Origin: Takakia lepidozioides
Taxonomy: Eukaryota; Plantae; Bryophyta
Length of the DNA stretch: 64,000 nucleotides
Reading direction: 5' to 3'
NCBI GenBank assembly: GCA_030704615.1
Contig: CM060731.1
Coordinates: forward strand, 17,670,001 to 17,734,000
A program made the translations under genes and the position numbers. Of the stretch, positions 1-12,917 are shown piece by piece (the stretch's first letter is position 1; each line of letters opens with the position of its first letter). The notes under the pieces were generated by a model. It ran no database searches, was not told the origin of the DNA, and saw only the letters and a list, made by a program, of their open reading frames with translations.

Positions 1-198
1 CTTGAGGTTGCAAACATAGGGATCCAAGGGATTCAAAACCACGATAGTCAGCATTGTTCAGAGAATCAACTCAACCAACTCATGCCCAATGTAGAAAAAT
101 TCAATTCTGCTGCAAATCAGTCCCTGGAGAGCTTCACCCAAATCACTGGTGGGAGAGAATGCCACATGCCAGCCGCATCCAGGAACAAAAACAAAGAA

Positions 199-2170
199 TC
201 ATGGGAATTTAGTGAATTCAAGAACTTTCCAAACTATCTCCAAGCCTGTGGGAATTTGCCAGATAAACAGCCCAAGATTGAGCACATTCAGGCCTATGTG
301 AAGACTCCGGGCAGTGTCGTTGCCTTTTTGCATTGCCGGAACAAGGGCAGCTGCCAAAGCCCACAGTACAGTAATCCCTGCCACAGAAACAACAACTCTC
401 AGAGCTGCACAAAGTACCACCTTAGCTCAGAAACTTGCAGGAGACAACCATGGTAGGGGTATGACCATCTACTTCCAGAGTCGCCCACAAGTTCAGCCAG
501 CACTGATATACAGAAGCTACGCCAAACAAAAAATACATACCTGCGCCTGCAAACAGATGAGGACCAGGAAAAAGTTTCCCTGTGCGGAACCAGGTATTAG
601 AGCACCCACCACAGATGCGATGACTCCAAGGCCCAACAAAATGGACCCCACATTGAAATGCCGATCTCTGTACCCTCCTTTAACAAGCGTCTTCCTTGTC
701 TGCATGCATATTCTTGCGACAATTGTCTGTGTAGTGAGCAAAAACCTCCAACGTCCAGGATCCAAAAGCATTTAAGTACAGCAAAGCTCTTGTCACCCCA
801 AATGCACAAAGATACTAGTTTTATTAGGAACTGATTATGCCCTTTTCATTACCTTGTGCATTTGTTCCCACTCTGACATGGTTCTCTCAACCCTTCCAAA
901 TGACCAGACATGTTACTTCAGCTAGTGGCAGAGAAAAAATTGAAAGAAAACCTGATACCTCAGTTAGCTCCTTTATCTGAGTTTCGACTTGGGAAGGTGC
1001 CGCCTGACCCTCCACCTGGGCAGGAACTTGCTTCTTCAAGACATTGATATCATCCTGTATGGTGCGCACGCGCCTCCACTGCCAGCCCAGATACCCCGCC
1101 CATACTGTGGTCACCAATAGGGATCCCATGATTATGGGATGAAGCAGTGATGCTGAGCGCCCCTCCAATATACCAAATTCCCCATTTCCTGCAAGGGCAT
1201 CCTGCACACCCCAAAATCATGCCCCAAGCAGCTGATTTCTTGAAGACAAGCTGGCATATATAGTACTTGGAAAATCGCATCTCACTATCTCCAACCTGTA
1301 GGTGTGCCAATCCAAAAATTAGGTACAACGTCAAGGTTCCTAACACTGTGAGAACCAGATTCCAATGAGGGTGACAAGTAAGAACGCACATGCTAACGCA
1401 TATGATGTCCTGTTCACATAGGTTTTGCACTGAGGTATATACTATTATGAATGCTCTGGATGGACTCTCCTCCATGTCTTGGTACTTGCAACCCATCCAC
1501 ATTCATTCCAACAGTCCATCGCATCACTTGTACATCCCTCACAAGGTGAAATCACGGGAACACTGTTCCGAAGCTACTATGCACGGCAATTCAAGGCTCT
1601 GCAGCCGTGCCGAAGGAGTGCAGTTCGGACTTAAAAGCCAACCGAGTGTGCCCAACTGAGCGTGCCTCTGTAGCCCCCCACCCATCGCGATGCCAACGGG
1701 AGACAATTTTCTGGGTTGGGGGATGCTAAAGCGCATCAAAATTGAATAATGGTCTCATACAAAAGGAAGCCAATGCTATGGACAGCGACCCATCGTCACA
1801 AATGTAGAGGACACACCTCAGCACAAAAAATAAGAGGCGATAGAGCTGACGCTGCGGTAAGCATCCATTTCTCAGTGAAACATGATTCCTCTTCTACGAG
1901 CTCTAGTCCTACATCTTGCTTGCCTTCCGACCCCTCCTCATCGGTGTGCAGCGTTCTCAACGAGGCAGATAGACCACAAACACGTTTCCCGGGGATCAAT
2001 TCCACAAAGTGCAACCCAGATGATGGGCGGTAATGCGATGGATGATCTCTGACGAGGCCCCTAAGCGACAGCAAGGAGGAGCAGTTATGTGAAGAACTTG
2101 CAGCTGCAGCACGGGACAACGGACTTCTGCATCCCAGCGCAGCTGTTGCCTGTAAGGCCAATACGGCCAT
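199..2170 (-). CDS. DUF4079-family chloroplast membrane protein, 4 exons (2170-1817, 1201-959, 699-541, 377-199), apparent 1-bp frameshift near 597
   Basis: Transit-peptide-like N-terminus; motifs GEFGILEGRSASLLHP, GYLGWQWRRVRT, RDRHFNVGSILLG, (N)TWFRTGKLFPGPHLFAGA, LFIWQIPTGLEIV; GT-AG introns with compatible phases; one A missing in CTA-AAT. Confidence 0.85.
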
Positions 2171-2856
2171 CTTAAGCACTTCTGCAATGCGGGGCAGAGC
2201 TGTTTTGCAAGCTTCTGTGGGAGATCTAGAAACGAGATTGGGAGACCCTTGACTAGGCAGGGAGAAGCAGTGAGGATTGAATGGTCCGGTGGGTGTCCCT
2301 AGAAAGTTTCTGCATTAATGAGGTTGAGTCATCTCGAATAGCTAGGATGTGATACGAGAAGTTTTTGAAGTTGCTCCTTTGTTGATGTATTGTACTGGCT
2401 TTTTCTTATATACGAGACCATGAATGATGGAATGGGAGTAATGTAGTATAGGCCATGTGTCTATTGGAGGGGGTTGGGCATGACACATTGTGCAAGTTTT
2501 ATTTGGGTATAGTGTTGGCCAAAATAGTTTACATCTTTGCCTTCCCTGTAATGTCGGTACCTGAAGTGTAATGTTTGTTGAATTTGTGCATGGGTTTATG
2601 ACCGGTGAAGTCCAGAAATGATTGGATAAGTTATGAAGGAGGTGTGGAGACAGTAACCCACTTACTAAGAGCATGCCCAGGAGAGGCTCACTAAACTGCC
2701 TCGCCATCACTATGTTAAGGAGGCGTATGGTGAGGCCCGCAAGCTAGATGGCGCGTGGGCTGGCAAGAGCCCCAGCCGCAACCCATCATAACAATCTGGC
2801 GTGACGTGGCGTGGCCGGCGCGGGGCTTGGGTTGCAGTCTGCCTCCCCCAGCAGTT

Positions 2857-3586
2857 GGGTAGCAAAGTGAGCATGCTCAGGCCGACGTCGTGAGCACAAG
2901 GGCATATTCCCCAAAATCCCGAGAAATTTTCCGGGGAAATTTCCACAGCAAAATAAAATTGACGAAATTAACAATTATGCAAAATTAACACATAAAGAAC
3001 AAGTAGCCCCTATACTTGATGAACATGTTACCCTTTCCCTTGTTTTTAAGAAAAAAAAAATTTAAGAAAAAATCTCCCATGGATAATTTTGCACTGCAAA
3101 ATTCCGCCTGAGAAGCAATCACATTGTGGCTAAAGGGATGAAGAGGTCACTTTTCAAGCCCCCACCCATTCTTTTTGGATGTAGGATTTTTGGGTGATGG
3201 GATTTCTCAATGCAAAACCCACCGCTTGCTTAGTTTGTGCCCATATCACTAAGTATTTCTCAATGCGAAATTCACCGCTGCCTAGTTTGCGCCCATATCA
3301 CCAAATATTTCTCAGTGCAAAATTCACCGCTGCTTAGTTTGTGCCCATATCACCAAGTATTTCTTAGTGGGAAATTCACTCCGCCACTAGAGGTTTTGGG
3401 CTACACATTGAAGGTTTCGCCTCACTGAATTGGCGCAAATGTACTATATAAATGCACCAGTCCTCTATACCCGCTTATGGTTTTATTCTGTTTTTTAAAA
3501 CATATAACTCCTATGACCATGAGTTGTGCTCATGCAAGCGTGAGCGTGCTAATGTGAGCATGCGCATGCTGTGCTCACAAGATACC
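2857..3586. mobile_element. Degenerate MITE-like non-autonomous element, copy 1
   Basis: GTGAGCA-rich left end and TGCTCAC-rich right end; shares ATATTCCC and GGTTTTATTC..AAAACATATAA.TCCTATGACC blocks with 4368-5018; no TSD found. Confidence 0.4.
3203..3390. repeat. ~52-bp tandem repeat, 3-4 copies
   Basis: ATTTCTCAATGC..AATTCACCGCTGCTTAGTTTGTGCCCATATCACCAAGT repeated. Confidence 0.8.
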
Positions 3587-4367
3587 GACTTACCCCTCCT
3601 GCACGACACTTTTGCCAAACATAAGTAGAAACACCTAAAATGGAGCTGTACCCAAAACGGACCCCTAGAAAAATACATAAAACTAACCATATGCCATCTT
3701 TAAAAGGTGCTTTGATCATAAGTGGTCCAAATTAGGTCATGTGGTGGGCCACAATGGAACTCCAATGAACCCTTTTAACTCATACATGATCATGATGACA
3801 CCACTTAATGGACAAGTTAATAACCACCAGCGCGCACTTTGAGAGAAGTATCAAGTGGAAACATGAAGAATGAATCCTACAATGTAGGAGAGGGGATCAC
3901 GTTCCATGCTCAACGATCCCGATTGAGTTTCACCTAGATCAACGATCCAAGATTGAGTTTAATCCAAATGGACCTTGAGCTCAATTTTCCTTAAGGTGGG
4001 AGGTTACTTTAAGGTCAATAAATGGTTATGTTAGTTGACCGACATGGTCCATGTTACTATGTTGTTTAATCAGTAAAGTGAAAGAGAATGCACACTTTTT
4101 GGGCACCTTTGGCTCCAGACAAAGTGCACTTGTTGTTCAAAATAGTACCCCCTACTGGTCCATTCAAGGTTATTCCATGATTTCACATTGAATATTCACC
4201 AATATTACAAAATAATTCGGAATTTATTTATTTATTTTGCATTAAATTTCATTTCTATATGCCCACATCAGAAAAAATATATATGACGACACTGCACACC
4301 TGAAACTGCACACATTTCTTAAATGATCCATTTTAAGTGTTTCTTAGAGGGACCCCGCCAAGAGGTT

Positions 4368-5018
4368 GGGTAATGCGTGAGCACGCTCAGGCCTCTTTGA
4401 GTGTGCTCACGTGAGCATAAGGAAAAAATGTGGGAGATTCTACGAATATTCCCAAAAAGATACTACGGCGAAACTAAAATGTGAAAATTGTGCTCACGGT
4501 GAGCACAAGCCACACAAAGATGGGTTAGTCACCCTTAATATATTTTGTTTCACCCACGAAACCATAGGATAATGATGTACGCAACGTTCCTTGGAAACTC
4601 CGCCGACAAAATCCATTATTTTGCTGGCACAATCCACTATTTCATTGGTGAAACCCACTTTTTCGTCGATGATACCCACTATTTTGCTGCGAAACTCGAT
4701 ACCTTGATTTATTTCCTTAACGAAACCGTTGTTTGCTTTATTATATTAAATGGTTCAACTATTGTTTGATATTTGTGTGTTTTGGATGGTGTTGGTTATT
4801 GCGACTTTGTTTTTTCCTAATGTGAAGATGTAGATATGTGGAACTTGGAGCTTGTAAATATACACTATGGGTGCCTATTTTGCATTAGGGTTTTGGGGTT
4901 TTATTCCGTTTTAAAAACATATAATTCCTATGACCGCGGTTCAAAAAACATAAAACCCCCATGACCGTGGGTTTGTGCTCACGCCATTTGTGCTCACCGG
5001 TGTCCTCACGTGCTACCC
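4368..5018. mobile_element. Degenerate MITE-like non-autonomous element, copy 2
   Basis: Starts GGGTAATGCGTGAGCA and ends CTCACGTGCTACCC; internal similarity to 2857-3586. Confidence 0.4.
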
Positions 5019-7099
5019 CCCTCCGCCAACCATTGTAGATTAAATTTGTGAGGTCAAGAGATATAATGTCCTCAGTCAACGCGCCAAGATTGTGATAGGG
5101 CGGTGGGCCTGCCTCGGGGCTATTTGCTGGCTCTGCTACCATCCCAATCGTGGAGTGCCAACACCAAACCTTCCCCTTAAAAACTATCGTCACCCCTGTA
5201 ATCAGTGTATATCACGTTTGACGGGCCTTACCCACCGTGGAGATGCTCTAACATAGGAGCTAGTTCGTGTATGTGAGAGAGGCATGCTAGGTTTTTGTTA
5301 TTTTTTATGCAAAATGGCCTTGAACCAACAACCGGCATATGTAAATATGCATATCTTTAATGGAAGCAAATTGGGAAATTTTGGCTTTTGTAAGTTAGAT
5401 GATGGCCAAAAAACGTTGAGGCTTCTAGTGTGTGATTTGGATCATTTTTGGGGTGTGATGTAGGTTGTATGACCTACCTATGCAAATTACCCTCTCACCT
5501 TGTTGCTTGTGATAACTTACCCATATGTGATCAAACCTTGCATAACTTAGATGGATTTGGAGAGAGGAAGATATGATGTCATTATTGCTTTTAAGATATT
5601 TTGATCTGGGTGGTGGAATTGTGACTATGCAAGTTCAACAAGCGGCCGGTCGCGTAATGGCTCCACCCTAAAACTCTAAGTAGAAAATTTCCTGAAATGT
5701 TATATTGAGGTAATATACTCACATTCAAACTATACATAAGATGAAAAAGTATTATTTATTTATTGATAAAGCCAGGGATAGAGGCCCTGACGGAATTTTA
5801 GTGATGTATGAATTAAATATTGATGTATGATATTACTAAACTAACCTTCAGATTTATTTATTATCAAAGTATTGAAATGCTTACTGAAATACTCGGCAAA
5901 GAACTAGCTGAAATATTAAAATACTTGCTGAAAATCTGGCTGAAATACTGAAATATTGTAGGTATTTGAATCTGCTGAAATTCCTCCTTGGTCTTTCAAT
6001 CGCACATAACATCCTCACATGCCTACAAGTGTTAGAAGAGGCATTCCCATCCCCTGGCCAAGTAAGAGTTCCATTCAGATTTATTTGAAGCAGACCTTTC
6101 TCCAAGCAAAACAAGCTAGAGAAGCATGTTGTCTACCTACCTTGACCTACCACCAAGGAATCAAAAGCTATGCAAAAAAATGCCTAAGTCTATTCAGCGA
6201 TTATTTGCCAGAGGGACAATAGACTGCAGATATGTCCTCAAATTGAACCAAGAGCACAATTCAGCGTCAAGAAATCTGATAATAGCAGGGCAGTTCAGAG
6301 CAGTGTTGGACTAGTATGGGTTTATTTTGATACCAGGCTGGTCTTGGGTATATCTTTTAAGCCTTTTCACCATGGTATGGTATTCAATTATGGAGAAATA
6401 CACATGTCGAGTATGATTATCAATAATAGGGATCGACCAAATTGAAGACTAGTATCAATAAGCAGTCTTCAAACAACCGATACTAGTGCCATAGCAGCCC
6501 GGGTCTGGTAATGCCTTCTACTAGTGTGTCACATACAGCATATAGTGTAGATTCAGATGGGATTCAAGCAAGAAAAACACAAAAAAAAAATGTATGCGGT
6601 TGACTTGGGCTCTATATATTCCATACAAAATTTATATAAGGTTGGGGTAGGCAGCCCACTCCTTCAGCCATTGAAAGGGGCATGTCCCAACGCTCGAAGA
6701 AGAATCTGGCGCACTAAGCAAAACGGTCTGTATTGAGACCTGGGCACAAGCTATTCAAATGCCGCCAATACTGGTCTTTCTGCTTTGGCATCGGAGATGC
6801 AAACAGGCTGGTCAGGTTTCTCGAGGTATCAGGACCTGTTCAAGTACCCCCAACCCAGGTTTCTATCTGGTCTCTCATCATCATGGACCACACTGGTCGG
6901 GTTGCCAAATACCCTACTGTATACCCTTATTGATACCCGACTCAAACCCCCATAACGATCCAACACTGTTTCAGAGCCACGATAGCGAGAAACCCTTGGC
7001 ACTTGCATACATGACCTACATACCATCGTAGGGAGGCTATAGCTACCCCAAACACGAAGATTCTGCCCTTCCACATATTCTCATGTTTGCAAGACTTAA

Positions 7100-8200
7100 A
7101 GAAACATTTTCGCCACCAAGTTGTTATTTATAACTTGGCTTATGAGAGAATGCAGTGCCTTCCAGTGTGAGGGTCCAACTCTCGATACGGTTCCTAGAGC
7201 CCCCATAAAACCCCAATGAAGAACATCTAATCAGTAGCCAAAAATGATGTGACCAAGAACTGGGTACATTACCTGCAGATCTTAGGAAATCACCCACCAA
7301 ATTGTACATGCAGCACTCCCCTCTCTTCATCGTAGCAGTCGAGAGCAGCTTGCTCGCCACATAGCCGCCTTCTGATTGGCCCTGAGGAGGCCGGCTATGA
7401 CGCGGTAGCGTGGCTCCATATACATATGCTCCATATACATACGGAGGCCCTAGTACGGGCCGCAACCACCGACCGCCTCCCGTAGACCCCATCTGCTTAA
7501 GTATCATGCGGGATGTAGACTACGGGCAATCGATATGGGACAATGCAAGACAAATGCGATTAGGATTTACGACCTACCATACGTACGCAGCCACAAATAG
7601 ACAAGCGGGAAACAAGCTGAGCGAAACACAAACTAGTGCAAATGAATGGTAAAAAACCCTAAAAGTCTTAGGTAGGTTGAAAGTGGGTAGGTCGGGACTC
7701 GCGGCTTGCAAGCTGCCCTCTACTGCTACGTCAGATAGTGGCTGCGTGTCGCCCTGCTACTGTTAATAGTAGGGGCTCCGTATATACCTCGCCGTTGCCG
7801 CGGCTCAGTATATATGGAGCCCCTACTATTAAGAGTAGCGAGGGCTCCTCGCAGCCACTATCTAGTCCGTATTAATGCTTGAGTTTTCCTCTGCATTCTC
7901 TCGGTGGCCTTCTTTTGGGGGCCTCGCTCGAGATGACTTTGTCTTCTTGGATATATGAGGACTTTCGTTAGGGTTCGAGTTGCTAAGCAGCCCAACTTGA
8001 GATGGACAAAGAAGACAACCGTAACAGCATGCGAATGTTCATGTTGCAATCTCCTCCCTGCGAGGATGAATCGCACCAATTCCTCCACACCCAGATCCCA
8101 ATGGCAAGTCGACGAAGGCCAGGCTTCTGCGATCTAGAGCGCAGGGAAGAACAAACAGTGACATGCTTTCACCGGTCTCCAACCATTTACCGGTGGTTGT
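7100..8200 (-). pseudogene. Possible LINE ORF2 C-terminal remnant, interrupted by the Helitron
   Basis: Degenerate FWLLIRCSSL..(W)..RN-like segment and zf-RVT-like ET..CLFF segment on the minus strand. Confidence 0.3.
7330..7865 (+). mobile_element. Non-autonomous Helitron (~536 bp)
   Basis: A|TC 5' end at 7329/7330; GCGAGG-gct-CCTCGC hairpin at 7838-7852 followed by CTAG|T at 7862-7866; internal inverted repeats 7331-7360/7701-7730 and 7763-7832. Confidence 0.65.
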
Positions 8201-8993
8201 TATTGGTTAAAAACATATTTTACAAAAACAAAAAAACGATACAAATAAATATTTCATGGTCATTAATATCAAGAGCAATGTTAACTAGTGAAGGTATATC
8301 TGTTATGTTTGGGTGTTTTCTGGGAATATCTGTTATCTGTTTCAGAATCTCCTCCCATTTTGGCACTAACGCGTGGTCTCCTCTTGAGGGAGGAGCCAAT
8401 AAAGAGGGAGGGTTGCAACAGGTCTGGAACCGGGGCGATGGTGTGAATGTACGAGGGCGATGACTATGTTTATACAAGGTTATGTGATTGTAGGACATGC
8501 TCTTCATGGTCATTATACTACCTGTGTACAATGATTATTTTTCAACTGAAAATTAATCCTCCAGCACACTATCCCCTGGTTCAGTTTGACCTTGTATGGC
8601 TATTGAGTGATTTTTTGAGGATTGTGAAGTGTATACGGTAAGCAGGGTTCCACTGCTAAACTTATGAATGGAAAAAACTAAACTTCTATGAACTGAGTCG
8701 TGACTCTTGGCATGCTGGCAGGGAGAAATTGAACGGGATAAAGTACAGGGGACAAATTTGAGCAAGATTTTCCGATGTGTGTTCAGGTTCTGCTTCTGCT
8801 TTTAAAATACAAATTAAGCTATTGACAATTATGAGAATTAGAATTAATCTGCAACAACAATAACATGTTTGTAGTACTGTGTGACACTGGACAGTCAGAA
8901 AACTTTAGATCTCAGGAGAGGCTGTGCGGTTAGCTACGGTTTGCAACAAGTTTTATACAAGGCATTAGTAGCAGATTTGTAGGTTCTTTGTAG

Positions 8994-10960
8994 CTAGTCC
9001 TCATACACAAGAGTCTTCAACTCTTGCGCAATATTGCACACCCTGGCCTGGAATTGAACATTGGTTTTGGTAGACCACTTTTTGGTATGAGGTTGCCTTG
9101 GTTTTATTTCCTGACAGAACCTACAGCCACTGTATACTTGCCATTGACCTCCAGGGTTTGTTAAGGTGGAACATGCATAGATAGTCCTTACCTTTTTGGA
9201 CATGCACCAAATGTCCAAAAGCCTCCTGGCATTACACTTGGCGTCATTGAAACACTAGTGGCTTGGAACAAATTTGATCATAAGGTGAACCTGTGCTCAG
9301 AAGGTGAAAACATACAGTGTGCCGTGCATAGTCTTCAAGATTCCAGCTTGGCTTCCGGCGTTGAGGGCTTTTCAACCATGAATGCTGGTAAGAAATATCA
9401 CATGAAAATTCAAGTCAAGCATACAACTGCCATTAGCATGCAAACAGACGATAGATTGCAAGCATTCACAGTTACATCCAAAAATCTTGACAAGTGGAGA
9501 CTGTTTTTCCATGTGTTTACAATCAAATGTTACAAAACTTGAGAAGGGCTATCATACCTCCCCATTGATATCCTTCGTTGAGAGTCCATGATGATACAAT
9601 TGCCAATTGCTGAGGAACTAACTTGTTTCAGTTACCAGCTCCACCCAACTTCAGTATGTGATCCTGCATTTGCCACAGCAGCATCACCTTGGCAAAAGCT
9701 GAACAAAAAACAAATCTGTTGAACACCTGATGGACAACAAAGTGATTGGTAATATTGCAATCATGTCTTGATTGCCCCTTGATTAGTCTTGGATATCCAT
9801 CTGGTGATACAACTTCTGCAGCTTTCCAAAACTGTGTTGAAATTCCTAGACAATTTGCTAGAAAATTTCTCAAATCTACAGCAACAACTCCTGCCAATAA
9901 AACAGCATGGCCTGTCGGAGGAGTGAACGAGATGAACATTTTCCTAGAAAACGCATGGCGAGTCTCACAGGATTCTGTTTGTGCCACACAGAATGGGAAA
10001 GCAGGACCATTGCAACTTGCAAGTAATAATTTCGACGGCATAGACAGGCAAGTTACGAGATTGCTGAATCCAATGTGAAATGCCAGGAAATGAGCATGAA
10101 CTACCTCACACAGAGCCTACCTGTCGAAGGAGAGATGAAACCAAAGGTGAAACAAACATACCAATTGCAAGTGTGTTAAAGTGGAAGTCACGAGAACTCG
10201 GTGAACCAAATGTCTCGTTCTGGCACAAGGTACTTTTCAAGGATAAGTATGTTGCTGAATCGAAGGCATATCCGATGACACCATTGCACATGTCGTATGA
10301 TTGTCCTACCAGAAGCATAACGAACTGTGAAAGTTGACGACACCACTCAAGTATCTCAAGGCGAAAATAAATCGAACCAGCAAGGAATGACATAGACAAT
10401 CATTCACACAAACGGACAGAGTTGTAGCAACTACATACTGCTGCCTCCAGGTTGCTCCGTTCTAGATAGCCTTTACAAACATTCTGGTAAAAAGGCACAA
10501 CTTTACAGAGCTCCCGGGAAACAGGCCTTGACGAGAGCTCCTGGTTAGACATGAGAATAGTTGGCGAAAAGAAACTGGGACTTGGAGCTGTTCCAGTGTC
10601 GTTGCTGCCCTTATATCAACCATAGGTGAATATGGTGACTTAGATCTGCTACAGTATGTTGAAGAATGAGGATAACCGAAGTTGAAACCGCATAGATTAG
10701 CCTACACGCTTGATGCACAGCGCCTTCCCAACTCTCATGACCCCCGTTACTCCCAGCATCTCCATCATCTGTACTTTTCCCTGACTTTCCATGCCTCCGG
10801 CTATCTCTGATTTCCCATCGTACTCTAGATGACAAATTCTCTCTGCCTTTCTACCTGTGATAAACCTGCTTTCCCAAGGGAGGCAGCACTAGGGTGATCA
10901 TGCCGTTCGCAACTAATCGCAGTCGTAGCTCCCGAGACGTTAATACGCCGCCATTTTCTG
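8994..10960 (-). CDS. Multi-exon gene for a plant protein of unknown function; exon structure and 5' end only partly resolved
   Basis: Chain of short GT-AG-bounded open segments (SKSPYSPMVDIRAATTLEQLQ / ELSSRP..LEAA / NPVRLAMRFLGK / FWKAAEVV..DGYPRLIK / DHILKLGGA / ARVCNIAQELKTLVYED*); lies head-to-head with the GTE gene. Confidence 0.45.
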
Positions 10961-12917
10961 TCCCTTCTCATCAAACAGTTCCGTAAACAGCACCACACAG
11001 GAACAGTCGGGCCTGCGGAAACTAGCCTTCAGAGTGTCGTATCTTCTCTACGAGAGGATTCTGAACAAGTTGACCCTATCCTCCAATCTAGCGTACTTTT
11101 TCGTTCCTCTTTGTCCGTATGCAGATGTCACGGTGGACTGGATCGACGCTGAGGCTACGACTGGGTCACGCTCGCAGCAGCACGCGATCAAGAGAGAGAC
11201 GGTCATCGTCCTTCACAGTTAAACAATCTTCCCTATCCTTCAGTTAAACGCGCGGATTTCACATCACTAACGGGCTGCTTGCTGGAACCCTTGAGAGCGC
11301 GATTACAGACAAAACAAGCCGGGAGACGTTCTGCCACCAATCGCAGGCACGCCAGTGACTGGCCCTGACTATCCAGCCCAGTCACAAGCGTACAGCAGCA
11401 ACTCACTAATTGCCTAACTGCTGTACTGCCAACTTACGCTCTGCTGTGCCCCCCGTCCTTTCTCTTCATTCATCCCACCTGCATGCCGCACTTACAGAAC
11501 GTGTGCCACGTCACCCGCTTCGGGATGAATAATGCGCATTGTCATTCATTATTGGTACTTACATATACCGGCAGCAATTTGTCATCCAAGTTAGTTATGT
11601 TATATTTACTTTGCAGACGAGGGCTTTGAAGTGTCCTTCATTTCGGTGGGGTTGTTTTTAGCCGTCACGAAGCTTCTGACGTTGAAAACAAAATAGGAGA
11701 AGCAATTTTAATTTAGGTTATGCGTTTTCCGGAAAACAACCAACAGTTGATGAAGGCCGTGAAATTGGATGGATGCAAAAATGTTTCGTCCAACGTGCGA
11801 CCTGTGAGATTTCCACTCTGGAGAGTTTACAGTTTTACAGGGGCAGGTAGCTTAAAAGGGGACGAAAACTACGCGTCGTCGACGAGACGTCGGCATCCGT
11901 GGACGAGGAAAGATGCGGATGGATGAGAAAGATAGTCCAACGGGACGGAAAGCTTCTAGAAACGGGGCGAGTAGCGCGGCAACGAGACGAGCAGCGGTGA
12001 TCAAATTTGTAAATGGCGCGCGCAGCCCTTATCTTTTACGCAACTCTGAGACCTATATCGGCTAGGGGGCCATCTTTTACACAGGCCAGCTTAAAGCGGG
12101 CAGCAGATACGCGGCACGCAGCTTCGTCTGGTGATGAGGGGCGCCACGTGTGGAGGCAAAGGATGAGCCGACTTGTGCATAAGTTTTGCGAAAGAGAGCG
12201 GAAAGATGGTGCGGCGGGCGAGGGCCGTGGATTAGGGCGGGGCCTGTAGTGGACGGCATCGGAGGGGCCAAGATGGACGGCCACGATGGCGCAGAGGAGC
12301 GGCGGCAGGCGTGCAAGCGAGGGCAGCCTCCTTTAAAGAGCTAGGCTTGGTGCGAGCTTAGATGCATCCTCTTTCCTCCTCTCTGGTTACGATTTCTGCA
12401 TGTAACCCTAGTGATTCATCCTGTTTGCCTTCCCTGGATTGCCGCCATATCCAGGGAACTTCGATTTGCTCAATTCCGTCAAGGATAGTGGGTCCAAGCC
12501 CAAGACCTAGACCAAGCTGTGAGGGTATGAGCCTCTTGGATCTTGAGTTCCTGAACCCTATATATTAGAAGGTTTCCTGGATCTGGACGTGGTAGTTGGT
12601 AGATTAGCTGCATGCGAGGTTTTAGAATCAGAAGCGGTGTGAATCTTCGCAGTGGGTATTACCTGCCTTGCGGGTAACCTTGGATCTGAAGTTTTTGGAG
12701 GATTCGGTTGAGCTCTTTGGGAGGTAAGGCGCAGATCCGTCGTTGGATGGGCAAGCTGTAGAGCCGTCCTGTTAATCTCGTAGCGGAAGCTTGCATGTTG
12801 AGTTGTTGAATGAATCTACTGCTCGGCTGATGATCGCTGTAGCGTCGGCTTTGTTGATGCTTGATCTTGGCCAGAGACTGGAGCAGACGCCGAGCTGGGT
12901 CATGTGAGGGCGCATGT

